Below the pieces are notes generated by a model that made no database searches, had not been told where the DNA came from, and worked only from the letters and a program-made list of their open reading frames with translations. The translations under genes and the position numbers were made by a program. DNA of 63,406 nt, counting the filler, from Octopus bimaculoides (lineage: Eukaryota), in assembly GCF_001194135.2 (NCBI RefSeq). It is 4 parts of 4 records of this genome, joined end to end, with 100 filler letters (N's around TTAATTAATTAA, not from the genome) between each part and the next. Parts side by side here need not be neighbours in the genome. Positions count along the whole stretch, not along the records: positions 1 to 27,398 come from NC_068981.1; positions 27,499 to 39,257 come from NC_068986.1; 2 more parts are not named here. One strand, given 5' to 3'. Of this stretch, positions 24,221 through 36,677 are shown piece after piece. The first letter of the stretch is position 1. Every line of letters begins with the position of its first letter.

Positions 24221-26114
24221 GCACACACATACACACACACACACACAAAGGGAGGGAAAGAGAGAGCGATTTACCTAGATAATTGATTTGATAGATTAAT
24301 AGTACCTTATAGTCAATATATGCGAATTGGATTTATTTGAAGAGTGCAATAAAATACATGCATATAAAATAAGCAACTCTAAGCTTATTTACAATTTATT
24401 CACACACGACCTCTTAGAAATCTAGTGATCTGATACACACACACATGCGTATATCTATGTTTCTCTATGTCTGTGTCTATATATATATAAAGAAAGAAAT
24501 AAAATGCACACAGTTTACATAGTTTTAATATATTTTTTTGATATATTTTATAATTGAAAGAGCATTGTGTTTGTCGATAGGTTTCGCTTTCGCTAATCAT
24601 GACATTGAAATTATTGGAATTTCGTATTTTCTTAAGAAGATTTTAATCCATATTGTGTGTGGGGAAGTTAGTGAATGAATGAAAAACCAAATAGAACAAT
24701 CTAAGGGGAGATAATTGGTGATCGTTTTATCTTTTATTTTTTTATATATTTTTTTTTTTGCATTATAACTCAGCACGTGGGAATAATCAAAATTCTCCTC
24801 TTCCCTTTTTCTTACTCTGTGTGTGTGCGCGTGTGTGTGTTCGAACTTTGACTCATCGCTTCTTGCAAGCGCTAGTTACATCATATTATTAAAAGAAACA
24901 CTTTACTTTTGAAACCAGAGCACCACTGGAAGAGATAGCGATCAAAATGAAGTGTCACTAAAAATACAAACGTTGCATTTAACGATGATTTGTTGTGTGT
25001 GTGCAATGGTATTTAGATATATATCTGTTATGATGGTAATTCTAAATCACTATTTTTAAGTCACTCGTCTCTATATAAAGAACAAAAAACAAAACGCAAC
25101 AATCAAGCGATGTCATTTTTCAAGATGATCCTACTTGAACATCACTTGACACTTACGACGTACACAACTCTATTACCCTTCGTATTCTTGCAGTTTATTG
25201 TTACTCTCTTGAAATTCCTCTGCAAATTTGACTTTTTGTTACATCTTGAGAACTGGAAGGGTTTGACATTTACTTGAAAAGTATTTGATCCATAAATTCG
25301 GACTTTAGTTTATATTATGGGCGTGTCTGTCATGAGTGTCTTTTTTCTTCTTCTGTGTATTCGCATATATTATATGCTTACCCATATATACACACTCGTT
25401 GCATATGTGTATGTACGTGTGTATATATATATAAATGTGTGTGTATGTATGCATGTACGTATGCATATATACTCTTACTCTTTTACTTGTTTCAGTCATT
25501 TGACTGCGGCCATGCTGGAGCTCCGCCTTTAGTCGAGGAAATCGACCTCAGGACTTATATGTATATATATACGCGCACATACATACATACATAGATACAT
25601 ACATACATACATAGCCAGACTGACATAAATGCAACAAGAAATAATGTATTGTAATGCTAGGCTAGTTATTTCTGATCACGAATAATACGTCATTTAAAGA
25701 CGCACCAGTTGATATTATTCAATACTACAGAATTCTATGATCTTAAAGATCTTCAAGACATTTTATATTTTCAACTCCAAAATAAATAAAAACGCTTAAA
25801 TAATTAACGAAATAATTTAACATTTATCCCAAAGATACGCGTCATGTCCCAATGTGTCTTTAGTACATTCTACGATAGTATGGGCGGTATTCATTTTGAT
25901 ATTCTGCGGGAGCTTATGCAGGGACGTAAATGTAGGAGAATAAAAAACAGCTTCAGCTGATTACAGTTTTGCAGATGAACGAATGGCAGAAGTTTTTAGT
26001 GCCGTGATTAGGAACTAAGATACAAAAGGCGATAACGAGAAGAGATGTCGATACATCTAGCTGGTTTGAACAGGAGAAATCCGGAAATAAATTACAGTTA
26101 TGACATTAGAGAAG

Positions 26115-26145
<31 letters not shown>

Positions 26146-26225
26146 ANNNNNNNNNNNNNNNNNNNNNNNNNNNNNNNNNNNNNNNNNNNNNNNNNNNNNN
26201 NNNNNNNNNNNNNNNNNNNNNNNNN

Positions 26226-26445
26226 NTGACTTCAAAAAAGAAAAAAGAAAAACGACAAAAAAACAACAAAAAACAACAGCGCGACGACGTGATACAGATA
26301 TTGTGTTACTGGATGCTCAGGAAAGGAAAGAAAGAGAATTTGACGTTTCGAGCGGAGCTCTTCGTCGGAAACATAGGAAAGTCCAAAAAAGGGAAGACGG
26401 AGGAAGAAAAGATCACCAACGATATACACGAGGTTACGTTGTGAT
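26226..26445 (-). mobile_element. Hammerhead-bearing short repeat related to the 23689 family
   Basis: Minus strand TTT-CCGACGA-A-GAGC(TCC)GCTC-GAAAC-GTC-AAA at 26371-26339, followed by TTCCTGAGC as in the 23689 family. Confidence 0.65.
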
Positions 26446-27230
26446 ATATATATATATATATTGGTTCGAAGGAGAACGGTGTGGAATGAAAAGAATGTAA
26501 AGATGATAATAGTAAAGGAAATGGTTACAGTTTGTTGGTTTGAAAGGGAGTATTTCTAAGTTTATTATTTTATGGAAGCTGAACTATTTATAGTAACAGA
26601 AGTGAGGGAATGCCTGCTGCAATGGCTGATTAGTAAATATAGCTCCTTGGATTGCCTACGTTTTTCAATGAGACAAAATGCTTATGTGTTTATGGGGGCC
26701 TTCCAACTTTTCAGCAATGCTAAAATGTGGTCTGTGCTTGTGTTTCATAGAATGAAGGATCCTCTGAAGTTTTTAGGAGAGCAAAAACTGCAAAGCTAAA
26801 CATGATACTTAATAGAGTGAGGCAAAAATGAGGTTTGATTAAATGAAATTACACACGCAATGAGAAGAGAAATATTATTAGTGTTCATGTTAACTTTTAT
26901 TAAGTGGGACAAAGAAAAGAACTCTGAAATTTACAATGAATAAAAATTAGACTGAGATGTGATGGTTAGTGAGTCAGGCCTTCGATAATTAATGTTACAA
27001 CTGTTGACATCTTTCTCTTTTATTTGGCCTCTTTAATATAACTTCTAGATAAAATACTATATTCTCTCAAAATCATTCAAATTTGAGAAAATATATTTTG
27101 TGCGAAAAATTTTCCCCGGTCAGAATATACTGTCTTTAAGAAACGTACATACATACATTCATACATACATACACACATACGTACATATATACATGCATAT
27201 ATGTGTGTATACATACACACATTCATGCAT

Positions 27231-27398
27231 ACATACATATACATATATACATGCATCTATACATACATATACATATATACATGCATCTGTACATACATAT
27301 ACATATATACATGCATCTGTACATACATATACATATATACATGCATCTGTACATACATATACATATATACATGCATCTGTACATTCATGTACATATAT
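27231..27398 (+). repeat. 30-bp minisatellite (about 5.5 units)
   Basis: ACATACATATACATATATACATGCATCTGT repeated in tandem up to the gap. Confidence 0.95.
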
Positions 27399-27498
27399 NN
27401 NNNNNNNNNNNNNNNNNNNNNNNNNNNNNNNNNNNNNNNNNNTTAATTAATTAANNNNNNNNNNNNNNNNNNNNNNNNNNNNNNNNNNNNNNNNNNNN
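27399..27498. other. Assembly join placeholder N44-TTAATTAATTAA-N44
   Basis: Identical 100-nt construct at 27399-27498, 39258-39357 and 52606-52705. Confidence 0.95.
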
Positions 27499-27530
<32 letters not shown>

Positions 27531-27613
27531 GTCTCTGTCTGTCTCTGTCTGTCTCTTTGTCTGTCTGTCTCTCTGTCTGTATCTCTCTCCTCTCTGTGTG
27601 TATGTATGTGTGT

Positions 27614-27649
<36 letters not shown>

Positions 27650-28576
27650 ACGTTCGCGTAAGTGTCTGCATGAATGCACAGGCTTTAACAAACGCATACA
27701 CGTCTGTGTTTGTATGCCTGGATGCATTTGCGCTCGCGAGTCGATTTAAAATAGAAAAGAAGAAAAGAAGTGCAAGCAGTTAAAAAAAAAAAAAAGTAAA
27801 AATAAAAAAAAAAGTTGTGAGACAATATGGGTATATCGAGGTTAGATGAAAAGAAGAAGAAAAAGAAAACGAAAATAGAAATAATAAAAATGAAAAAAAA
27901 AAGTGGAAAGGCAAAGCAAAAATCCTTGAATATGACGAAAATGTGGGTGGATAGCCAAAATGTGCGTTAAAGTAAAAGCTGGTAAAGGGAGACTAATCTG
28001 TTATACAATGCTTAGACTGAACTTAAAAGAGCTACTACCGATCGGCCAGCTCTGGAAAGGCAATTCTGTTTGTTTTCGTCACATGTCGGTAATATCATAA
28101 TATCAATGAGAATGTAAACACCTGCTTTATTCTGTGCTGCACAGTTCGGAATCTATCGCAAGTAGACTAAAATGTAAACACAATGAATTTTAAAACAAGT
28201 TAGACAGCGTAAGATGTCAACGTCTCGTTCCAGCTAAGTAGTAAATGCGAAATAAAAATTTCTTTAAGGTTGGTGAATGAAAAACAAAACAAGAACAAAG
28301 ACAAAAACAACTAAAAGATATTAGATGATATAGTGTAGATTCTCAAGGGTGAAGTTTAGATAAAAACGTGAACATTTTGATATCACTTATAAAGAAATGC
28401 GACGTATATGTATGTGTGTATACATGTTCGCTTGTGTATGTAGGTGTGCATGTGTATGTGTGTGTGTGAATGTGTGTGTATCTGTGTGTGTGCACCTGCA
28501 TGCATGTGTGTGTGTGTGTGCACATTCGCATTTTCTGTTATACATTTTCATGCGTACACGCTCACATACACACACA

Positions 28577-28616
<40 letters not shown>

Positions 28617-28929
28617 TACACAACACACAAAACACACACGTGTGTGTTGTGTGTGTGTAGGCATGTATAATATATGTTATGAGTAGAACATGCTATGTGA
28701 TCATGGCTGACTAAAGGCTAAGCAATAAAGACGAAGGAACGTGTGTGCTGTCATTTGACCTATGCAAAATAGTCGCTATATCGCTCTCAAATTATAATCT
28801 ACCGTCTTTTGGACAATGTAATCCCTGATATACAATCGACATGATAGTTACTGCTGGAATGCTGATCATAGGTTTGCTAAATCTCGGGTAATCTGAGACC
28901 TGAGAGCAATACAACGACAACGACAAGCA

Positions 28930-29035
28930 CCCGCGTAGCCTAGCTGTTGAGCACGGGCTCCAACAAAGCTCTGAAATTTAACTGCGTTGGAACGGGTTAA
29001 TATCAGCATGGGTGAGCGACGGGGAAAGGTTGGCA
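28930..29035 (+). pseudogene. Decayed 5S rRNA-derived sequence (5S pseudogene or SINE3-type head)
   Basis: CTGAAATTTAACTGCGTTGGAACGGGTTAATATCAGCATGGGTGAGCGACGGGGAA aligns by eye, nearly without gaps, to the metazoan 5S 3' half (box A, IE, box C: CCGAAGTTAAGCAGCGTCGGGCCCGGTTAGTACTTGGATGGGTGACCGCCTGGGAA, recalled). Confidence 0.5.
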
Positions 29036-29459
29036 AAAACAAAAAAACAAAAAAAATTAAGTCGCTGATGTGGCGCCCCTCAAGAGAGGGGAGTCCTTAC
29101 ACGCGAATAGGTTAGCCGGTATTCACCCAGAGCCTTAGCTCGAGCGCTGCTTAGAATATTCCTCTGGCGCTAGAATCAACATTTACTATTCAAAAGAGGT
29201 AAAGACAATAAGTTTGATGGCAGCACAATTAAGTATGATGGCAACCAATTCAACACAATTTCAGATGTTCTGGTGATTTATTTATAATTTTTAACATTAT
29301 GAAAAACTGTCATCTGATTGCAGTGGCTTTTTGGGGGACGTTTAAAGTGTATATGTGTGTGTATATGTGTGTATAGTGCATCTTGATATATTTTGTTATA
29401 CCTTCTGAAAGACATCTGTTCAAAGAACTGCATGTATTGAATGTGTTTGTATACACAAA

Positions 29460-29645
29460 TACTCTCTTTTTACTTGTTTCAGTCATTTGACCGTGGCCAT
29501 GCTGGAGCACCGCCTTTAATCGAGCACATCGACCCCAGGACTTATTCTTTGTAAGCCTAGTACTTATTCTATCGGTCTCTTTTGCCGAACCGCCAAATTA
29601 CGGGGACGTTAACACACCAGCATCGGTTATCAAGCGATGTTGGGG

Positions 29646-29676
<31 letters not shown>

Positions 29677-29852
29677 GATATATACGACGGGCTTCTTTCA
29701 GTTTCCGTCTACCAAATCCACTCACAAGGCTTTGGTCGGCCCGAGGCTATAGTAGAAGACACTTGCCCAAGGTGCCACGCAGTGGGACTGAAACCGGAGC
29801 CATGTGGTTGATAAGCAAGCTACTTACCACACACAACCACTCCTACGCCTAT
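29460..29852 (-). mobile_element. SINE family A (full-length)
   Basis: Complete reverse-complement copy. Confidence 0.92.
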
Positions 29853-29899
29853 ACATAATAAAATTGTATATAGATATGTATACTTGTGTACATACATAT

Positions 29900-30250
29900 G
29901 CATAAGTGTGTGCCGTGGCGGCTCGTGTATAGGCACTGCGGAACTGCAGCACCCGCTATTTCCACTCGATATTATCCATATCATTCAATATAATGAGTCC
30001 TTTTTTTCTTTAATTATTTCTTTATACCTGTACAATATATAATCCTTAAGCTTAATATCAGCAGCCATCTCCTACTGTATGAAAAAGGATACAAAACTCC
30101 TTGTATAGAACTGTGCGCTTCACAGTTCCAGCGACGCGGTGTTTGGTTGTTGTGCGCATGCTCACATGTCCGAGATAGGAAGCTTCACACAAGGGAGAGA
30201 GAGTACTGCGTGAACGACTGCCGGGTGAAAGGTAGTCTTTCTTTTTAACT
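29900..30250 (+). promoter_or_regulatory. CpG-enriched, promoter-like segment with an NRF1-like site
   Basis: Locally high CpG; TGCGCATGCTCA (30153-30164) is 11/12 to the NRF1 palindrome TGCGCATGCGCA; possible donor AAAG|GTAGTC at 30231/30232. Confidence 0.35.
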
Positions 30251-30629
30251 CTGCGTGTGTTGTGCTTAAAAACGTGTTTATATTTTTGAATGTGATACAG
30301 TGTAGAACTAGATTATTATCCTACTTCCAGCTTCAGTCTTGCTGCCAAGATTTGAAAAGTAGGGCAGATTTTCCCCCTTGCTTTGTGATTTAGGGGAGGG
30401 GGGATTTTTGAAAAACAAGGGGTAATTCGTGGTAGTGTTCAGTGAACAAATTAAACACACTACCCGGCAGTGGCTAAAACGCGTACCGATCAAGTTTATG
30501 TATAAATTTTCATTTTAACTGTTTGTTTCCTTTTACTCAATATTAAAACAACGGCTAAAAGTTTTCTGAAGCAGCACCGCCACTAATTTTATCTACGAGC
30601 CACCACTCTATGTGTGTGCGTGTGTTCTT

Positions 30630-30700
<71 letters not shown>

Positions 30701-31994
30701 GTCTGTCTGTCTGTCTATCCTGTCTGTCTGTCTGTATATACTCGCATGCACATACATGCACACACAATGGATCTCTGTCGGTATATATATGTGTAGGGGT
30801 ACAAAGTGTATGTAGTCTGGAGATATCAGTTCATTTGAAACATGGTGAGGTCACGTAGAAGGAAAAAAAAGCCAGTAGTTTGAGTCTGTGTCAACGGTTC
30901 ATTAAAAGCAATGACCCTGGCAAAATGTAATTTATTTTACTAAGGGATGAATTTATCAGGATTATGTTGCCGTGAAGATCATGATAAAATTTGGCTATGA
31001 CGTGCATCCGGGGGGAAACAAAATGTATTTTGTTGGTGTCATTGTATTTTGAATAAAACGCACGCATATACACATATTACACGCGAGCGCGTGCACACAC
31101 ACACACACACACACACACACACNNNNNNNNNNNNNNNNNNNNNNNNNNNNNNNNNNNNNNNNNNNNNNNNNNNNNNNNNNNNNNNNNNNNNNNNNNNNNN
31201 NNNNNNNNNNNNNNNNNNNNNNNNNNNNNNNNNNNNNNNNNNNNNNNNNNNNNNNNNNNNNNNNNNNNNNNNNNNNNNNNNNNNNNNNNNNNNNNNNNNN
31301 NNNNNNNNNNNNNNNNNNNNNNNNNNNNNNNNNNNNNNNNNNNNNNNNNNNNNNNNNNNNNNNNNNNNNNNNNNNNNNNNNNNNNNNNNNNNNNNNNNNN
31401 NNNNNNNNNNNNNNNNNNNNNNNNNNNNNNNNNNNNNNNNNNNNNNNNNNNNNNNNNNNNNNNNNNNNNNNNNNNNNNNNNNNNNNNNNNNNNNNNNNNN
31501 NNNNNNNNNNNNNNNNNNNNNNNNNNNNNNNNNNNNNNNNNNNNNNNNNNNNNNNNNNNNNNNNNNNNNNNNNNNNNNNNNNNNNNNNNNNNNNNNNNNN
31601 NNNNNNNNNNNNNNNNNNNNNNNNNNNNNNNNNNNNNNNNNNNNNNNNNNNNNNNNNNNNNNNNNNNNNNNNNNNNNNNNNNNNNNNNNNNNNNNNNNNN
31701 NNNNNNNNNNNNNNNNNNNNNNNNNNNNNNNNNNNNNNNNNNNNNNNNNNNNNNNNNNNNNNNNNNNNNNNNNNNNNNNNNNNNNNNNNNNNNNNNNNNN
31801 NNNNNNNNNNNNNNNNNNNNNNNNNNNNNNNNNNNNNNNNNNNNNNNNNNNNNNNNNNNNNNNNNNNNNNNNNNNNNNNNNNNNNNNNNNNNNNNNNNNN
31901 NNNNNNNNNNNNNNNNNNNNNNNNNNNNNNNNNNNNNNNNNNNNNNNNNNNNNNNNNNNNNNNNNGTTTCTGTGTACTAAATTCATTCACAAAA

Positions 31995-32110
31995 CATTGG
32001 TCACCCCGGGGCTATAGTAAAAGACACTTGCCCAAAGTCCTGCTCAATTGAACTGAACCCGGAATGATACAGCTGCAAAGCGTGCTTCTTAACCACATAG
32101 CCATACCTAT
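31995..32110 (-). mobile_element. SINE family A head fragment
   Basis: GCTATAGTAAAAGACACTTGCCCAA...AACTGAACCCGG...ACCACATAGCC. Confidence 0.7.
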
Positions 32111-32519
32111 TCTTACACTGATATTATCGAACAGCCTTTTCAGATATTACAATGCAAATAAAAATCCGGTTTTCCATTTTTCCATATAACCTATTCAAAC
32201 TCTCAATGCCTCTGTCTTACTCATACGCCATTTCTCCATCGCTCTTATCTCTTCCCTGCTCCCCTCTCTCTCTCTCTAATTCTTCCTCTCTCTCTGTTTC
32301 CCTTTAAACGCACCGCAGCACGTTAGCACGTTTGAGCAGACTTCATGTCTAATTCTCAGTAAATAGTGAAAGCATGCAAGGAGACAGGTGTATGACTCAA
32401 AAGCAGCAGTCGCCAAAATGTACTACGCATTGCCCAGAACAAATGGCTGATATCCTGTTTCTCCTCTCCCGCCTCCTCTCTCACAGTCTCGTCCTCTTCC
32501 CCCCCCCCACTTCTTCGTG

Positions 32520-32765
32520 ATAATGTCGGTGATGGTGACTGTCGTTATCATTATCATCATTTTCATCACCGTTATCAGCGTCGTCATCGCTACCGTCGTC
32601 ATGGTGATGATGATGATGATGATGTTGATGATGATAATGGTCGTCGTCATCATCATAATTATCTTTCTTATTGCCGCTGTCATCATCATCGTCGTCGTCG
32701 TCGTTATCATTATCAACATCATCGTCGTTGTCGCCGTCATCGTTATCATCATCGTCATCATTAAT
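32520..32765. repeat. Mixed (CAT/CGT/GAT)n trinucleotide low-complexity tract
   Basis: Visible trinucleotide periodicity; the source of spurious poly-D/I/M ORFs. Confidence 0.9.
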
Positions 32766-32779
32766 TATTGAATTATTAT

Positions 32780-33420
32780 TTCCATTTGTAGTATTGATTT
32801 CAAATTTTGGCACAAGGCCAACAATTTCGGCGGAGAGGGAAGTCGATTACATCGTCCCCTCCCCCCAACACTCAACTGGTACGTATCTCATCGACCTCGA
32901 AAGAGATGAAAAGCAAAGTCAACCTCGGTGGAATTTGAACTCAGTATATAAAGACGGGCAAAATACTGTTAACCATTTCACCCAGCTTGCCGCCTTAATT
33001 ATATGAATAATATTAATAATGGAAATAAGGCGGCGAGCTGGCAGAACCGTTAGCACGTTAGGCAAAATGCTTAGCGATCTTTCGTTTGTTTTCACGTTCT
33101 GAGTTCAAATTCGATAAAATAAAATACCAGTTGATCACCGGGTTCGATGTAATCGACTTAGCCCCTTCCCCCGAAATTGCTGGCTCTGTGCCAAAATTTG
33201 AAACCAATGTTATTGGTATAATTAAGGCAGCGAACTAGTAGAATCGTTAGCACGCCGGGGGAAAAGCTTAACGGTATTTCGCCCGTCACTACGTTCTGAG
33301 TTCAAATTTCGCTGAGGTCGATTTTGCCTTTCATCCTTTCCAGGTAGATAAATTAAGTACGACTAGTCCCTTTCCCCCAAAATTTCAAGCCTTGTGCCTT
33401 TAGTAGAGAGGGTTATTATC
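32780..33420. mobile_element. Cluster of three SINE-B copies (one -, two +)
   Basis: 32780-32997 (-), 33026-33210 (+) and 33223-33420 (+), all with the family B head, B-box and tail motifs. Confidence 0.85.
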
Positions 33421-33785
33421 ATTAGTGCTATCGTTTTTGATAATTTGTTTTCTTGTTCTTGTTCCGAAGAGATTGGTTCTTTTAATTTCTTGTCTTATTG
33501 AGGGGTTNNNNNNNNNNNNNNNNNNNNNNNNNNNNNNNNNNNNNNNNNNNNNNNNNNNNNNNNNNNNNNNNNNNNNNNNNNNNNNNNNNNNNNNNNNNNN
33601 NNNNNNNNNNNNNNNNNNNNNNNNNNNNNNNNNNNNNNNNNNNNNNNNNNNNNNNNNNNNNNNNNNNNNNNNNNNNNNNNNNNNNNNNNNNNNNNNNNNN
33701 NNNNNNNNNNNNNNNNNNNNNNNNNNNNNNNNNNNNNNNNNNNNNNNNNNNNNNNNNNNNNNNNNNNNNNNNNNNNNNNNNNNNN

Positions 33786-33926
33786 CTTTAATTATTTCTT
33801 TATACTTGTACATTATATAATCCTTTTGCTTAATATTAGTAGCCATCTCCTAGTTTATGAAAAAGGATACAAAAATCCTTGTATAGAACTGTGCGCTTCA
33901 CAGTTCCAGCGACGCGGTGTTTGGCT
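33786..33926 (+). repeat. Local duplicate of 30008-30148
   Basis: CTTTAATTATTTCTTTATAC...GAAAAAGGATACAAAA...GTATAGAACTGTGCGCTTCACAGTTCCAGCGACGCGGTGTTTGG is shared between the two sites with scattered substitutions. Confidence 0.9.
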
Positions 33927-33961
33927 GTGTCATTTTGATGGCATGCACTGCTCTCTCACTC

Positions 33962-34013
<52 letters not shown>

Positions 34014-34562
34014 CCCTGATGCAGTACCATGCAGTGGCTGTCTTGGCTTTTGACCTTAACTGATTAGAAGTGTTATCATGTACACTGTTTTGTCTTGGTA
34101 TAAAAAATGGGCTACAGCGAATATTCTGCTCAACACCACAGATTTACTTGTCAGTTGCTTGACCTTAACCAGTTAAGCATGTTCCTTAGTGGCTGACGAT
34201 ATGTGCATCTTTGATCACGAGCAGAAGTAGTTGGGGAGCATGATAGCCATGTGTTGAGAGGAATTCTTTGGAGTTTGGATAATTCACCTTTGGAAACATG
34301 AGTGTTTTGTTCAACATCCTTAAACAACCCTTAAGGACCTTTTCAGTGGGATAGGCTACTCGACCTGAAGAGAATTCTAACTGGGCTCCACCTACAAGGT
34401 CATGCGTTGTTTATCTTCATATGAGATCCCCATGTCGCGCACATATGGTTGTGATGCATGTGCCTGGTGTACCTTTATCAGACGGGTAGTCATGATGAGT
34501 ATACTGGGCTTCGTATATTTTACCCCAGTGTCACTTTGATGGCATGCACTGCTCTCTCACTC

Positions 34563-34598
<36 letters not shown>
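33927..34598 (+). mobile_element. (TAA)n-bounded interspersed repeat: a 35-nt 3' end, then (AAT)17, a 550-bp copy and (AAT)n
   Basis: The terminal GTGTCA(T/C)TTTGATGGCATGCACTGCTCTCTCACTC-(AAT)n occurs twice (33927 and 34528). Confidence 0.75.
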
Positions 34599-34599
34599 T

Positions 34600-34841
34600 G
34601 ACAGGATAAGAAGCTTACTTCTCAACCACATGATTCCTGATTCAGATCCACTGTGTGGCACCTTGGGGAACTGTTTTCTACCATAGTTTCGAGTCGACCA
34701 AAGCGTTGGGAGTGGATTTGATAGACGGAAACTGAAAGGAGCCCGTAGTATATATATGTGTATATATATATATATATGTGTGTGTATATATATATATGTG
34801 TGTATATATATATATGTGTGTATATATATATATATGTGTGT

Positions 34842-34882
<41 letters not shown>

Positions 34883-35085
34883 CTTGTGCCCACCACCGTT
34901 TCATAACCAGTGTTGATTTGTTTGCGTTCCCGTAACATAGTGGTTCAGCAAGAAAGATCAATAGGATAAGTACATGGCTTAAAAAAAGTCCTGGGGGTCG
35001 ATTCATTCTACTAACATTTCTTGAAGGCAGTGCCCCAGCATGGCTGCAGTCTAAATAACTGAAACAACTAAAAAGATGAAAAAGA
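34600..35085 (+). mobile_element. SINE family A with an expanded internal TA/TG tract
   Basis: Truncated head, GGCACCTTGGGG, a ~130-bp microsatellite and the tail GTGCCCCAGCATGGCTGCAGTC. Confidence 0.82.
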
Positions 35086-35129
35086 TTTATCTGTCTGTTT
35101 ATGCGAAGAGGTACCTGTTGTAGCTCAGG

Positions 35130-35733
35130 CTTCCGCCACTAGAAGCCACTAGAAGCCACTTGATGCGACCCTCAGGCATCATCTGCGACCGGTGTCATCG
35201 AGTGAATTCCTAATGCCACGTGGTGCGTCTTTGTTTTGCAGTGTTTCTCCACTATTCGTCGATGTTTGTGATGACTGAAACAAAGGAAGGGTGGGAGGTG
35301 GAGCCGAAACAATTGTCATGCTTCAAACAGCTTATAAAGACATTGCCATGAACGAAAACACAAGTTTACGAGTGGTTTTCACGCTTTAGGAATGGTCACT
35401 TTTTGCTTGAAGACCAAACTCGTCCAGGGTGACCGTCGATCTCCCGAACGAACGAAAACATCACGAAAATTGATGAACTGATCTTGGAGGACCATCACCG
35501 AACAATTGACAAACTTGTTGATATGACTGGTGTGTTCTGGTGCTCCTGCCAACGAATTTTGAGCATGGAATTGGGAACGAAAAGAGTCGCAGCAAAATTT
35601 ATGCCTCGCTCACGGAAGATCAAAAGCAGTCACGACTAAATGCAGTTGGAAGTTGACCCGGACCTTTTTTCGAAGGTCATCACTGGTGACGAAAGCTGGT
35701 TCTACGGCTACGATCCGGAAACGAAGCAGCAAT
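35130..35733 (+). mobile_element. Mariner transposase pseudogene, N-terminal half, running into a gap
   Basis: VYEWFSRFRNG...RVAAKFMPR...FSKVITGDESWFYGYDPETKQQ, with a stop and frameshifts. Confidence 0.9.
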
Positions 35734-36677
35734 NNNNNNNNNNNNNNNNNNNNNNNNNNNNNNNNNNNNNNNNNNNNNNNNNNNNNNNNNNNNNNNNNNN
35801 NNNNNNNNNNNNNNNNNNNNNNNNNNNNNNNNNNNNNNNNNNNNNNNNNNNNNNNNNNNNNNNNNNNNNNNNNNNNNNNNNNNNNNNNNNNNNNNNNNNN
35901 NNNNNNNNNNNNNNNNNNNNNNNNNNNNNNNNNNNNNNNNNNNNNNNNNNNNNNNNNNNNNNNNNNNNNNNNNNNNNNNNNNNNNNNNNNNNNNNNNNNN
36001 NNNNNNNNNNNNNNNNNNNNNNNNNNNNNNNNNNNNNNNNNNNNNNNNNNNNNNNNNNNNNNNNNNNNNNNNNNNNNNNNNNNNNNNNNNNNNNNNNNNN
36101 NNNNNNNNNNNNNNNNNNNNNNNNNNNNNNNNNNNNNNNNNNNNNNNNNNNNNNNNNNNNNNNNNNNNNNNNNNNNNNNNNNNNNNNNNNNNNNNNNNNN
36201 NNNNNNNNNNNNNNNNNNNNNNNNNNNNNNNNNNNNNNNNNNNNNNNNNNNNNNNNNNNNNNNNNNNNNNNNNNNNNNNNNNNNNNNNNNNNNNNNNNNN
36301 NNNNNNNNNNNNNNNNNNNNNNNNNNNNNNNNNNNNNNNNNNNNNNNNNNNNNNNNNNNNNNNNNNNNNNNNNNNNNNNNNNNNNNNNNNNNNNNNNNNN
36401 NNNNNNNNNNNNNNNNNNNNNNNNNNNNNNNNNNNNNNNNNNNNNNNNNNNNNNNNNNNNNNNNNNNNNNNNNNNNNNNNNNNNNNNNNNNNNNNNNNNN
36501 NNNNNNNNNNNNNNNNNNNNNNNNNNNNNNNNNNNNNNNNNNNNNNNNNNNNNNNNNNNNNNNNNNNNNNNNNNNNNNNNNNNNNNNNNNNNNNNNNNNN
36601 NNNNNNNNNNNNNNNNNNNNNNNNNNNNNNNNNNNNNNNNNNNNNNNNNNNNNNNNNNNNNNNNNNNNNNNNNNNNN

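Noticed and set aside
28110-28180. Two AATGTAAACA forkhead-like sites
   Set aside because: Short AT-rich motif expected often in this base composition.
31049-32017. Long ORFs of 200-400 aa dominated by X (also 11029-12061, 35610-36786, 45518-46393, 50591-51464, 59216-60001)
   Set aside because: Open only because N gaps contain no stop codons.
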